Source of the DNA: Oceanispirochaeta sp.
GTDB lineage: Bacteria > Spirochaetota > Spirochaetia > DSM-2461
DNA: 64,000 nt
Assembly: GCA_963666275.2 (NCBI GenBank)
Contig: CAXXOA010000002.1
Coordinates: 736,001-800,000 of the forward strand
Direction: 5' to 3'
Made by a program: the position numbers and the translations under genes. The notes under the pieces were generated by a model. It made no database searches. It had not been told where the DNA came from and saw nothing but the letters and a program-made list of their open reading frames with translations. This document shows positions 38,199-47,674 of the stretch, one piece after another (the first letter of the stretch is position 1; every line of letters starts with the position of its first letter).

Positions 38199-39252
38199 TG
38201 CAAAAGATCTTATAATCTCAACCGCCCTATCCATCCTGGCAGGGCTGTTTGTCAGCGGGCTATTGATGCTTTTCCTGGATAAGAATCCCCTCATCGTCTA
38301 CGGAAAGCTTTTCTCATTTCTTTTCCGGGACGGCTACACTTTTGCGGAAATCTTTGTCAAAGCGACGCCGCTGATATTTACAGCCCTGGCTTTTGCTTTT
38401 TGCTTCAAAGCCAGCCTGTTCAATATAGGCGCTCAGGGACAGTTCTATATGGGGTCTCTTGCCGCTCTGGCAACATCCCTGGGCCTGGGAACATCTCTGC
38501 CTTCCTTTCTCGCCCTTCCTCTGATCTTTCTGGCGGCCCTGGCTGCCGGCGGGGTTTGGGGGGCCATGGTGGGAGTCTTCAAAGCCCGGTTCAAGGCGAA
38601 CGAATTCCTTGTCAGTATGATGTCTGTCTATATCGCCCTGGCTTTTATGAATTACCTCTTAAGGACTGTCCTGATTGAAGCAAAGCACGAGTATCCCCAG
38701 TCTGATCCTATTCAGGCGGGGCACTTTATCCCTGTCCTTGTCAAAGGAACCCGTCTTCACGGCGGATTCCTCCTTGCCGTTGTGATTGCTGTGCTCTGCT
38801 GGTTCCTTCTCTATAAAACCACTGTGGGATACAGAATCCGGGTTGTGGGAATGAATCCTGTGGCGGCTTCCTTTGCCGGGATAAACTCCGCCCGGATCAG
38901 TGTGTTCGCCTTTTTTATCAGCGGCGCTCTGGCCGGTCTGGCCGGGTTTACAGAGGTGAACGGAGTCCAGCATATGCTGGTTCAGGGATTCAATCCGACA
39001 ATCGGTTCGGAGGGGATCGGAATCGCCATTCTGGCAAATGCCAATCCCATCGGCATCATCTTCGGCTCTCTCCTTTTCGGAGCCCTTAAAGTCGGCGGTT
39101 CCATTCTGGGGCAGACCTCGGGAATTCCATCCAGTATTATCGAGCTGATGGAAGGCTTTGTAATGATTTTTGTCATCCTCTCCTATTATCTGAGGAAAAA
39201 AATCGAACAGAGACGAAATATTAAAAACCTGCTTGCAAAGGAAAGTGTATGA
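38188..39252 (+). CDS. Nucleoside ABC permease (NupB/YufP-like)
   Basis: LFNIGAQGQ, SGALAGLAG; start moved to ATG 38188 after GGAGG. Confidence 0.9.
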   Translation: MKHNAKDLIISTALSILAGLFVSGLLMLFLDKNPLIVYGKLFSFLFRDGYTFAEIFVKATPLIFTALAFAFCFKASLFNIGAQGQFYMGSLAALATSLGLGTSLPSFLALPLIFLAALAAGGVWGAMVGVFKARFKANEFLVSMMSVYIALAFMNYLLRTVLIEAKHEYPQSDPIQAGHFIPVLVKGTRLHGGFLLAVVIAVLCWFLLYKTTVGYRIRVVGMNPVAASFAGINSARISVFAFFISGALAGLAGFTEVNGVQHMLVQGFNPTIGSEGIGIAILANANPIGIIFGSLLFGALKVGGSILGQTSGIPSSIIELMEGFVMIFVILSYYLRKKIEQRRNIKNLLAKESV

Positions 39253-40160
39253 TCAATATTTTAACCAGAGCCATCCTTATGAGCACTCCTCTCCTGATTG
39301 GAGCCACCGCGGAAGTTTTTGCAGAGCGGACAGGTGTGATGATCATTGCCATTGAAGGGATTTTTCTGCTGGGAGCCTGGGGGGGATTCGTCGGTGTGTT
39401 TCTGACCCAGAGTTACTTTTTCGGACTCCTCCTGGCCATGGTGCTGGGACTGCTTGCCGCCTCTCTCTACGGATACATCACCATCTATCTGAAACAGCAT
39501 CAGATCGTAACGGGGACCGCTCTGAATATCCTAATTGCCGGTCTGGTCGCATTCTTCCATAGAGTGATTTTCGGAGTCCCCCTCCTGCCGCTGACGATCG
39601 ATCCTCTGCCGGCTCTGCCGATCCCGCTGCTTCACTCCATTCCTGTGATTGGGCGGGTGTTTTTTAATCAGAGTATTCTGACCTATTTTGCTTTTATCAT
39701 TGCCCCTCTGGGATACTTTATCCTTTTCAGAACCTCTCTGGGACTTGTTATCCGGTCGGCCGGTGAGAATCCTGAAGCGGTGGATGTGGCAGGTATGAAA
39801 GTGGAAACCGTCCGGTTCAGAACGACAATGGTGGCCGGTGTGCTGGGGGCCGTCGCGGGGAGTTTCTATTCGATTGTCTATCTGGGAATGTTTACAGATA
39901 CAATCATAGGAGGGAGAGGCTGGATTGCCTTTGCCATCTGTTTCCTTGGAAACTGGAACCCCCTGGGGGCCATGGTGGGGGCCTTTATCTTCGGGATTGC
40001 CGAAGCAGTTGCCATCTATATGCAGTCCTCCGGACAGATGGCCCTTCCCAACGAACTTTTTATTGCCCTTCCCTATATACTGACCATCATTCTGACTCTG
40101 GCCAGAAAGAACTTCAATGTACCGGCCAAGCTGGGTGTGCCGTATATCAAGGGGAACTGA
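39249..40160 (+). CDS. Nucleoside ABC permease (NupC/YufQ-like)
   Basis: ERTGV..IAIEG, GENPEAVDVAG, GRGWIA, LPYILTI. Confidence 0.9.
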   Translation: MINILTRAILMSTPLLIGATAEVFAERTGVMIIAIEGIFLLGAWGGFVGVFLTQSYFFGLLLAMVLGLLAASLYGYITIYLKQHQIVTGTALNILIAGLVAFFHRVIFGVPLLPLTIDPLPALPIPLLHSIPVIGRVFFNQSILTYFAFIIAPLGYFILFRTSLGLVIRSAGENPEAVDVAGMKVETVRFRTTMVAGVLGAVAGSFYSIVYLGMFTDTIIGGRGWIAFAICFLGNWNPLGAMVGAFIFGIAEAVAIYMQSSGQMALPNELFIALPYILTIILTLARKNFNVPAKLGVPYIKGN

Positions 40161-40188
40161 TCCCCATGATAAGGGAAATTCAGATAAT

Positions 40189-40217
40189 AAAGGTCTGGTT
40201 GTTTTAACCGGGCCTTT
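40189..40217. terminator. Hairpin between convergent genes
   Basis: AAAGGTCTGGTT-GTTTT-AACCGGGCCTTT. Confidence 0.6.
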
Positions 40218-40226
40218 CCTGTCAGC

Positions 40227-41417
40227 TCAGATGCTGTCTACTATCTTCCTGGGGAGTTTTTTCACCTTTGCCCGGCGTTTCTTCCGTTCGGGAATCATGC
40301 TCCTCATAGACTCAAGCCTGCCGAAGCACAGCAGCCTGTCATGGGCATGGAGCTTTCTGGTTTCCCTGGGGTTGGGGATGACTTCCGTGTCCCTGTGAAG
40401 GGTCAGAACGGTAATGTCCTGCTCCCTTAATCCCGATTCAGAGAGAGTTTTGCCTACCAGATGGCTGTCCTCTTTGACAAGAAGTTCCGCCACTCCGTAC
40501 CCGGTACTGATGGTCAGTCTCTGCCTCACATCCAGTTCGGGAAAGTCTACCTGGTTGGCAACATAATCGATAATGGACCCCGCAATATCCAGGCCGGTGG
40601 CTCTTTCAATCCCCTCCAGTCCGGGGGAGGAGTTCACTTCCATCACGAGGGGCCCGTCTTTGCCTTCCAGCATATCCACACCGGCTACCCGCAGGCCCAT
40701 AATCTGGGCGGCCCGGACGGCTGTCTGTTCATAAAGAGGGGAGAGCTCTATGGCTTCCACGGTACCCCCCCTGTGAACATTGGACCGGAACTCATCTCCG
40801 ACAGCACTGCGCCGCATGGCTCCCACAACCCTGTCTCCCACAACAAGAGCCCGGATATCCCTGCCTTTGCTTTCGGAAACAAACTGCTGAATCAGAACAT
40901 TCTGCTGGGTGCTCTGAAGGGTTTCTATGATGGCTTCGGCAATTTTCATTTCCGGTGCCAGGATCACACCGATGCCCTGGGTTCCCTCCAGAAGCTTTAT
41001 AACGACGGGGGCACCTCCCACTCTGTTGATGGCGGAAATCACATCCTTCTGGTTCCTCACAAAGGTGGTGGCGGGAATTCCTATATCGTGACGGGAGAGG
41101 ATCTGTGTGGCCCTGAGTTTATCCCGGGAGTTGCTGATGCCGTTGGACGTGTTGGGAGTATACACATCCATCTGTTCGAACTGTCTGACCACAGCTGTTC
41201 CGAAATAGGTGATAGATGCCCCGATCCGGGGGATCACCGCATCATAGTCCGACAGGGGTTTCCCTTTAAACTGAAGGTCGGGAAGGTCTCCCGAAAGATC
41301 GATCGCAAAGCGCAGGGTATCCAGGACCTTGCAGTTATGTCCTCTGTCGAGGGCTGCCATTTTCAATCTCTGCGTACTATAGGAACGGGGTGACCGTGAA
41401 AGTATTGCCAGTTTCAA
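40227..41417 (-). CDS. rimK: RimK-family ATP-grasp alpha-L-glutamate ligase fused to a C-terminal TrkA-C (RCK_C) domain
   Basis: YSTQRL, IPRIGASITYFG, SRDKLR, KLLEGTQGIGV, FRSNVHRGG, EVNSSPGLEGIE; tail SHLVGKTLSESGLREQDITVLTLHR...IPNP...DRLLCFG. Confidence 0.92.
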   Translation of the reverse strand: MKLAILSRSPRSYSTQRLKMAALDRGHNCKVLDTLRFAIDLSGDLPDLQFKGKPLSDYDAVIPRIGASITYFGTAVVRQFEQMDVYTPNTSNGISNSRDKLRATQILSRHDIGIPATTFVRNQKDVISAINRVGGAPVVIKLLEGTQGIGVILAPEMKIAEAIIETLQSTQQNVLIQQFVSESKGRDIRALVVGDRVVGAMRRSAVGDEFRSNVHRGGTVEAIELSPLYEQTAVRAAQIMGLRVAGVDMLEGKDGPLVMEVNSSPGLEGIERATGLDIAGSIIDYVANQVDFPELDVRQRLTISTGYGVAELLVKEDSHLVGKTLSESGLREQDITVLTLHRDTEVIPNPRETRKLHAHDRLLCFGRLESMRSMIPERKKRRAKVKKLPRKIVDSI

Positions 41418-41475
41418 AGTTTTATTACCTCCGTAATAAATAAATCATAAAAATCTGCTCCAGATTCCGGAGACT

Positions 41476-41958
41476 CTATTTCTGCAGGGCCTTGTTTCTG
41501 TTTCGTATTTCTGGCCCCGGTTTTATTCCCAGATAGGACTTACCCGGAATGACTATGAAGTTTTTCCTCATCGCGGCTCTGCCCAGAAGCATCCTGAAGC
41601 CCATGGAGGATCTGTTTGTCAGGGTCAGTTCCACCGGAAAGGTATGTCCTGCCAGCTGAATTCTGGCCATAATGACAGGCCGGCGCTGCAGACATCCTGA
41701 GGAACTTTTCACGTTTCTGAAGTCTTTGACCGGAGCGGTGACAGACATGCTGTCTTTCAGGGATTTCTGCCAGGGGTAGACATTGAATCTGACCCAGGGA
41801 ACAGAATCCTTTTCAAAATACTCTATCTCTCCTACATGGAGGGAGGAGGTTCTGGCACCTGTATCAACCTTGACCTTTAAAAACTCTACATCCCAATCGG
41901 GAAAGGATATCCACTCCCGCCATCCGATGGGAGTCAGTTTCGAATAATCCTTCTTCAT
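41476..41958 (-). CDS. RimK-associated retropepsin-like peptidase ('ATP-dependent Zn protease' family, RimB-like)
   Basis: IGWREW, KVDTGARTSSLH, VKSSSG, ELTLTNRS.MGFRMLLGR; start ATG 41958 after GGAGG. Confidence 0.88.
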   Translation of the reverse strand: MKKDYSKLTPIGWREWISFPDWDVEFLKVKVDTGARTSSLHVGEIEYFEKDSVPWVRFNVYPWQKSLKDSMSVTAPVKDFRNVKSSSGCLQRRPVIMARIQLAGHTFPVELTLTNRSSMGFRMLLGRAAMRKNFIVIPGKSYLGIKPGPEIRNRNKALQK

Positions 41959-42165
41959 ATTTCTGTATCCTCCATGGAATTGGAAGTGAGGCAACTATAG
42001 TGATTTCCCGGAATTGTGTATATCTGGAGAGGGACAAAAAGTCGTTTTTTTTTAAAGAAAAATCTATCAGAAAAACGGGGAGTCTTCCGGTTGAAGCGAA
42101 CAGATCCTCTGTTCTCTGCGGGCCGGTCATTGTTTCTGGCCCATCCAGAGGTCTGTGCAGCCGAA

Positions 42166-42864
42166 TCATCCCTCAAACAGTAATGAAACAACCTGCTGGA
42201 ACTCTTCCGGACAGGGCGCTTCCACGGTTATCTCTCCGCCGGTTTCGGGATGGGGAAAGCTGATTCGCCCGGCATGAAGAAGGAGCCTCCTGTTTCCGCA
42301 ATAGTCGGCGAGGATCGTATTATGCCTCAGATCTCCGTGGGCCGTATCGCCCCCGATCGGGTGGCCTATCCTGGCCAGGTGACGCCGCAGCTGATGGTAC
42401 CTTCCGGTGACAGGTTCTGCTTCCACCAGGGAGTACCGGGACGTGGGAAAGCGGTTGTTCCCTACAGGTATCTCTCCCTGTTTCAGGGGGACATACCGGC
42501 TGAGCGCCTCCTGTTCCTCCTTGTTCACTTTGGAGACTTTTCCCTGATAGTACTTCTGCAGAGGGACGGCGATTTCTCCGGGTTCGGAGATCCAGCCCCT
42601 GACAACGGCCTGGTAGTATTTGTGAATTTCTCCCTGCTGAAAGCTTTCACAGAGCTTGCGGGCGGTTTCGCTGTCGTTGGCACAGATGAGGGCTCCCGAG
42701 GCGGGACGGTCCAGCCTGTGTACCGGGGAGGGGGGATCCTCATACATTTCCCGCAGACGGTCCACCACTGAATCTTCATCTGAGGACAGGACTGTTTTAT
42801 GGATAATCAGCCCCGAGGGTTTGTTGATGACCGTAATCCACCGGTCTCTGAAAAGGATATCCAT
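42166..42864 (-). CDS. RluA/TruC-family pseudouridine synthase
   Basis: NKPSGL, VHRLDRPASG, TGRYHQLRRHL, GHPIGGD..HG, LLLHA. Confidence 0.9.
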   Translation of the reverse strand: MDILFRDRWITVINKPSGLIIHKTVLSSDEDSVVDRLREMYEDPPSPVHRLDRPASGALICANDSETARKLCESFQQGEIHKYYQAVVRGWISEPGEIAVPLQKYYQGKVSKVNKEEQEALSRYVPLKQGEIPVGNNRFPTSRYSLVEAEPVTGRYHQLRRHLARIGHPIGGDTAHGDLRHNTILADYCGNRRLLLHAGRISFPHPETGGEITVEAPCPEEFQQVVSLLFEG

Positions 42865-42866
42865 TC

Positions 42867-44021
42867 CTAGCACAGCTGCCGTTTTATGAATTCTTTGCGC
42901 TTTCTTTTCTCTTCATACATTTTATCGTCGGCTTCCTTTATTGCCATGGCATAATTGTCGTACCTTTCCGGTGAATATACGGCATAACCGCAGCTGCAGA
43001 CAATGGTATAGGGGGTAATTCCCTTACTGTTGAATCGGGAGAGTCTGTCTCTTATCCGCCCGATCACAAGCTCAGCGCTTTCCTCTCCTGCGCTGTCCAG
43101 TGCAATCAGGAATTCATCTCCCGCAAAGCGGGATACCTGATCTCTTGTCTTTACGGAATTCTTCAGGATATGGGAAAAATGGATCAGCGCCTGATCTCCC
43201 GCTTCATGGCCGAACCTGTCATTGATCTGCTTGAAATCATCCAGGTCTATCATAATCAGGGTAAAGGGAGCCCTGTTTTTTCCGGATGAAGCGGTTCTGA
43301 AAAGGAGCCACTCTTCTATCTGCTTTCTGTTGTTCAGTCCCGTAAGGGGATCACAGGTTAAGCTGCTGAGTTCCAGAAAGATATACACAGAGACAACGGC
43401 CAGAGCCACGCTGTTCCAGACAAGGAGGGTACTGCGGGTTGTTATCTGCAGGACCGCCCCGGTCAGGGGCAGGCCAGTAAACAGGATAACCGCCAGAAAA
43501 ATATCCCTGTCTATTTTCTGCCTGCTCCTGATGATGAGAAATACAGGGGCCAGAATGATAAAGAACAGATAGGATGTGAAACCGATGACTCCGGTGAAGT
43601 TGGATGTGTAAACATTCTCTGCGGTGATCCTGTAGATCCAGCCGGTAGAGAGGTTCACTGTCAGGAGAAGGACCCCCAGTAAGAGGAACAGGCTGTAATA
43701 CCCCAGTTTTCTCAGCCGTTCGGGAGATCGGAATATCTTAATATCTATATAAATGAGCCAGCTTATCGGGACAAGCAGATTGGAAAGATAAAAGATATAT
43801 TTAAAGATGATATGAAGACGGCGGTAACCTGCCTCCGGGGCGCTTTCAAAGTACCAGCTCAGAATTTCCAGTGAGAGCAGCAGTAATGTGGAAAGGCATA
43901 AACGGAGAAACCACTGATTGGACAGGGATAAATGCTGGCGGCGGTAAAACATATTCAGGCTCAATATGGCCAGTAAGGCTATAAAGAGATAATGGGCTGT
44001 GAAAACATACTGATGGTACAT
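42867..44021 (-). CDS. Membrane (about 7 TM) diguanylate cyclase-like protein with AGDEF motif
   Basis: DPLTGLNNR, IDLDDFKQINDRFGH..GD, RFAGDEF, ADDKMY. Confidence 0.88.
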   Translation of the reverse strand: MYHQYVFTAHYLFIALLAILSLNMFYRRQHLSLSNQWFLRLCLSTLLLLSLEILSWYFESAPEAGYRRLHIIFKYIFYLSNLLVPISWLIYIDIKIFRSPERLRKLGYYSLFLLLGVLLLTVNLSTGWIYRITAENVYTSNFTGVIGFTSYLFFIILAPVFLIIRSRQKIDRDIFLAVILFTGLPLTGAVLQITTRSTLLVWNSVALAVVSVYIFLELSSLTCDPLTGLNNRKQIEEWLLFRTASSGKNRAPFTLIMIDLDDFKQINDRFGHEAGDQALIHFSHILKNSVKTRDQVSRFAGDEFLIALDSAGEESAELVIGRIRDRLSRFNSKGITPYTIVCSCGYAVYSPERYDNYAMAIKEADDKMYEEKRKRKEFIKRQLC

Positions 44022-44135
44022 ATCGGTCTTTTTAATTTTTCTTCAATGTCATTTTTTAAAAATGGTTTATGTCATGAAGCTCATCATAGTTCAGGAACCT
44101 CCCGCCGTCAACAAACCATCCCGTTCTCCCGGAAA

Positions 44136-45521
44136 TCATTTTATCTCTATCGGCTCATTCTCTTCCGGGATTTCTGTTGTAAATCCCAGACTCCTGAGAT
44201 GATTTGAGAAATTCGTGATTGTTTTCTCTTCTCCGTGAACCAGAAATACCTTACGGGGTTTCGGGCTGAATTCCTGGAGCCAATCGGTCAGGCCGTTTTT
44301 ATCGGCATGGGCTGAAAAGCTTCCGATCCTCTGAATTTCAGCCTTCACTTCAAAGATCCTTCCCATCATCCGGATTTCACGGGCTCCGTCCAGAAGCACC
44401 CGCCCCAGACTCCCCGGGGCCTGATAGCCCACGAACAGAACGGTATTGTTCGGGTTGTCTATGCCGTGACGGATATGATGACGAATCCTGCCGGCCGTAC
44501 ACATGCCGCTCCCGGCTATGACTATCGCCGGATCATCGGATTTGCTTATCTCCCTGGAATCCTCTGTTTCGGGGGTGCATTTCAGATGCGGAAAAGAGAA
44601 AGGTTTATCCTTCCGGGCTCTCGCCTCAGCGTCATACAGCTCTGAGTGGTTTTTAAAAACTTCTGTTATCTTAATGGCCAGTGGGCTGTCCATATAGATG
44701 GGGACCGCGGGAAAATCGGGATTCTCCCTTTGAAGATCACTCAGTGTGTAGAGAAGTTCCTGGGTCCTTTCCAGAGCAAAGCTGGGAATAAATACCTTTC
44801 CTCCCCGTTTTATTGTTTTTACTATGACATCCAGCATCTGAGTGCCCCGGGGAAGCCGGGTATCATGGAGACGATCACCGTATGTGGATTCAATAAAAAT
44901 ATAGTCGGCCTGCTCTATGGGCGTGGGGTCTTCAATGATAGGGACATTTTTCTGGCCCAGATCTCCGGAGAAAACAATTTTTTTCTGGAAGGTATTTTCC
45001 GTAATAAAGAGCTCTACGATGGACGATCCGATCACATGACCTGCGTCCTGAAGAACAAATTCCAGGTTCTTTCCCGGAGAAAACGGACTCTTGTAGGGCA
45101 GGGGATACAGCAGGGGGCCTACTTTTTCCGCATCTTCCAGAGTATAGAGAGGATCCCTGGGCGGCAGCCCCTTGCGGACTCTCCGCTTGTTTTCATGTTC
45201 CGTATCCTTTTCCTGTATGAACGCCGCATCCGAGAGCATGATCGGAACCAGTTCCGCTGTGGCGGGACTGGCGTAGATCCTTCCTGAAAACCCCTGCTTC
45301 ACCAGTTTGGGGAGGAGGCCGCAGTGATCTATGTGGCCATGGGTGAGGATCATGAAATCCAGAGTTTTCGGATCAAAATCAAAGGGCGTGTAATTTTTCC
45401 GGGCCAGTTCTTTCCCGCCCTGGAACATACCGCAGTCAATCAGAAAGTGAAAATCCTCCGTTTCGATCCTGTGGCAGGAGCCAGTGACTACCTGCGCTGC
45501 TCCATGACTGGTTATGTGCAT
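44136..45521 (-). CDS. MBL-fold beta-CASP ribonuclease-family protein
   Basis: VTGSCH, THGHIDH, AGHVIGS, ESTYGDR, FALERTQE, SGMCTAGR, FSAHAD, LVHGE. Confidence 0.92.
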   Translation of the reverse strand: MHITSHGAAQVVTGSCHRIETEDFHFLIDCGMFQGGKELARKNYTPFDFDPKTLDFMILTHGHIDHCGLLPKLVKQGFSGRIYASPATAELVPIMLSDAAFIQEKDTEHENKRRVRKGLPPRDPLYTLEDAEKVGPLLYPLPYKSPFSPGKNLEFVLQDAGHVIGSSIVELFITENTFQKKIVFSGDLGQKNVPIIEDPTPIEQADYIFIESTYGDRLHDTRLPRGTQMLDVIVKTIKRGGKVFIPSFALERTQELLYTLSDLQRENPDFPAVPIYMDSPLAIKITEVFKNHSELYDAEARARKDKPFSFPHLKCTPETEDSREISKSDDPAIVIAGSGMCTAGRIRHHIRHGIDNPNNTVLFVGYQAPGSLGRVLLDGAREIRMMGRIFEVKAEIQRIGSFSAHADKNGLTDWLQEFSPKPRKVFLVHGEEKTITNFSNHLRSLGFTTEIPEENEPIEIK

Positions 45522-45730
45522 ACAATATCCTCCCGTCAGGACAAAGTATATTCCCTATCCCAGGGGGTTACCAACAATTCTTTTCCTTTGGTTTCTTCTG
45601 TTTTTCCGCTGGAATATACCTGCTTCAGAGCTGATGCTGTTACCGTAACAGAGGGCAGCACTATTTTTTTTCTGAAAAAAAAATGTTCTTATATAATAAT
45701 TTACTTCACAACAGTGTTTAGGAGCTGAAT

Positions 45731-47598
45731 ATGAAATTGCGTACCCGAATGACCCTTTTACTGATCCTTCCCGTTGTTATGGGACTTGCCCTTATGGGCT
45801 CTGTCATTGGTATTTTCGTTGCCCGGTCCAATCAGGCCAACTTTCTCGGTATGGCCGAGTTAACCGCAAAAGCCCGGGCGGCAGAGGTCGAACGATGGAT
45901 TCAGGGGCGGCTTCTTGAAATAGAGAGAACCGTTTCCGATCCCGCTGTCAGGAGCGGAGATATTGATCTTATGGGAGAGTATCTGTTGCAAAGGCATGAC
46001 AATCTGCCTTCTGATGTTGCTTTTGAATTCTGTGCCGACCTGAACGGTGACTATATAACATCTGCCGGGGGAAGCGGCAATATTTCCGCCAGATCCTATT
46101 TTCAGGAGATCCTTGCCGGCGCTGATGTTGCCGTTTCGGAAGGACTTGTCTCAAAATCCACAGGATTGAATATGACCTACATTGCTGTTCCCATCAAAGA
46201 CGATAAGGGAGAGCTTATAGGAGTGGGTGCCTCTGCAGTGAGTCTGGAAACGCTTTCAGAAATTGTCAGCATATCCATTTCGGAGACAGCTATGGTGCTA
46301 TTATGGATAGCCATATGATCCTCATCGCTCACCCGGATACACAGTACCTTATGACTCTGGACCTGTCTGATCCCGATGCCGTCGGATTCCATGGACTCGG
46401 ACCGGGGATCGAGAAGATCAGAGAAGGGGAAGCAGGATTTCAGAAGTACACGGATCAGAACGGCGTGGAAAAGTTCATGGTATTTTCCCCTGTAAAGAAT
46501 ACAGGAGGATGGACCATGATGATGGTTATCCCTTCGGCTCAGATCAATGAATCCGCCGCCCGGGTGATCTTTCTCATTCTCACCATATCCCTGACTCTGC
46601 TGGTCCTTCTCACGGTGATAATTCTCTATTCCATCACAAAAATCGTGGGGCCTGTAAAACTGATCTCGGACCTGTCATTGCTCCTTTCAAAAGGGAGGAT
46701 TGAGCTTGACGATACAAGTCAGGAGAGCCTTGAAAAGGCATCCTTATACAGGGATGAAATCGGAGATGCCGCCCGGGGGATCCGTTCCCTGGTCGATGCT
46801 TTAAACCGGATTGCCCGCTCCATCAGTGCTTCCACAATGGAAGTGGAAAACAGTTCAAAAAGTGTCAATCAATCCAGTCAGGCTCTTGCCCAGGGTGCTT
46901 CTGAGCAGGCGGCCAGTGCGGAAGAGGTTTCGGCAACTATTGAGGAGATCAGCTCTTCCATCAAGCAGAGTGCGGAGAATGCTTCGGTAACGGAAAAAAT
47001 TGCCCTGAGCGCCAGAGAGTACGCCAGGGACGGTTCGGAATCCGTACTCAGTTCTGTCGAAGCTATGAAAGAAGTGGCTTCAAAAATAGGGGTCATTGAG
47101 GAAATCGCCAGACAGACGAATCTTCTGGCCTTAAATGCCGCCATCGAAGCGGCCCGGGCCGGAGAAGCGGGAAAAGGATTTGCCGTGGTTGCCAGCGAAG
47201 TCCGCAAGCTGGCGGAAAACAGTCAGAAAGCGGCTGCGGAAATTGTAACGATCTCTGCCCGGAGTGTAAGCACAGCAGATGATGCGGGACAGAAAATCTC
47301 AAGTGTACTGCCGGATATTGAAAAAACCTCCGAGCTGGTGCAGGAGATCAGCTCCGCATCAAAAGAGCAGAGTTCCGGAATCGAACAGATCACCGCTGCC
47401 ATTGATCAGCTGGACCGGGTTATTCAGGGGAATGCCAGTTCCAGCGAGGAACTGGCTTCCATGGCAGAGGAGCTTTCCGGTCAGGCCCGGATTCTGAGGG
47501 AAGCGGTTTCCTTTTTTAAACTCAGTGATAGGCAGAGCAGCGGAATCACCAGAGAACTGGAAGCGCTCTCATCAGATGACGGGGAAGGTTCCCTGTAG
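45731..47598 (+). pseudogene. dCache methyl-accepting chemotaxis protein split by a 1-bp frameshift near 46270; real lesion or sequencing error
   Basis: Upstream ORF has TM + dCache (RSYFQE, SKSTG); the shifted frame continues [22 protein letters not shown] and reaches the MCP hairpin [30 protein letters not shown]. Confidence 0.85.
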
Positions 47599-47674
47599 CC
47601 CCGGGATTCCCCCCCCCTCCGGGGGGAGCTTTCCCGGATTTACTACCAGTGAGAATCCATCCTATTATGGGGGA

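Noticed and set aside
47599..47640. C9/G6-rich inverted repeat after the MCP gene as a possible REP/MITE
   Set aside because: Single copy directly after a stop codon; best explained as a terminator-like hairpin.
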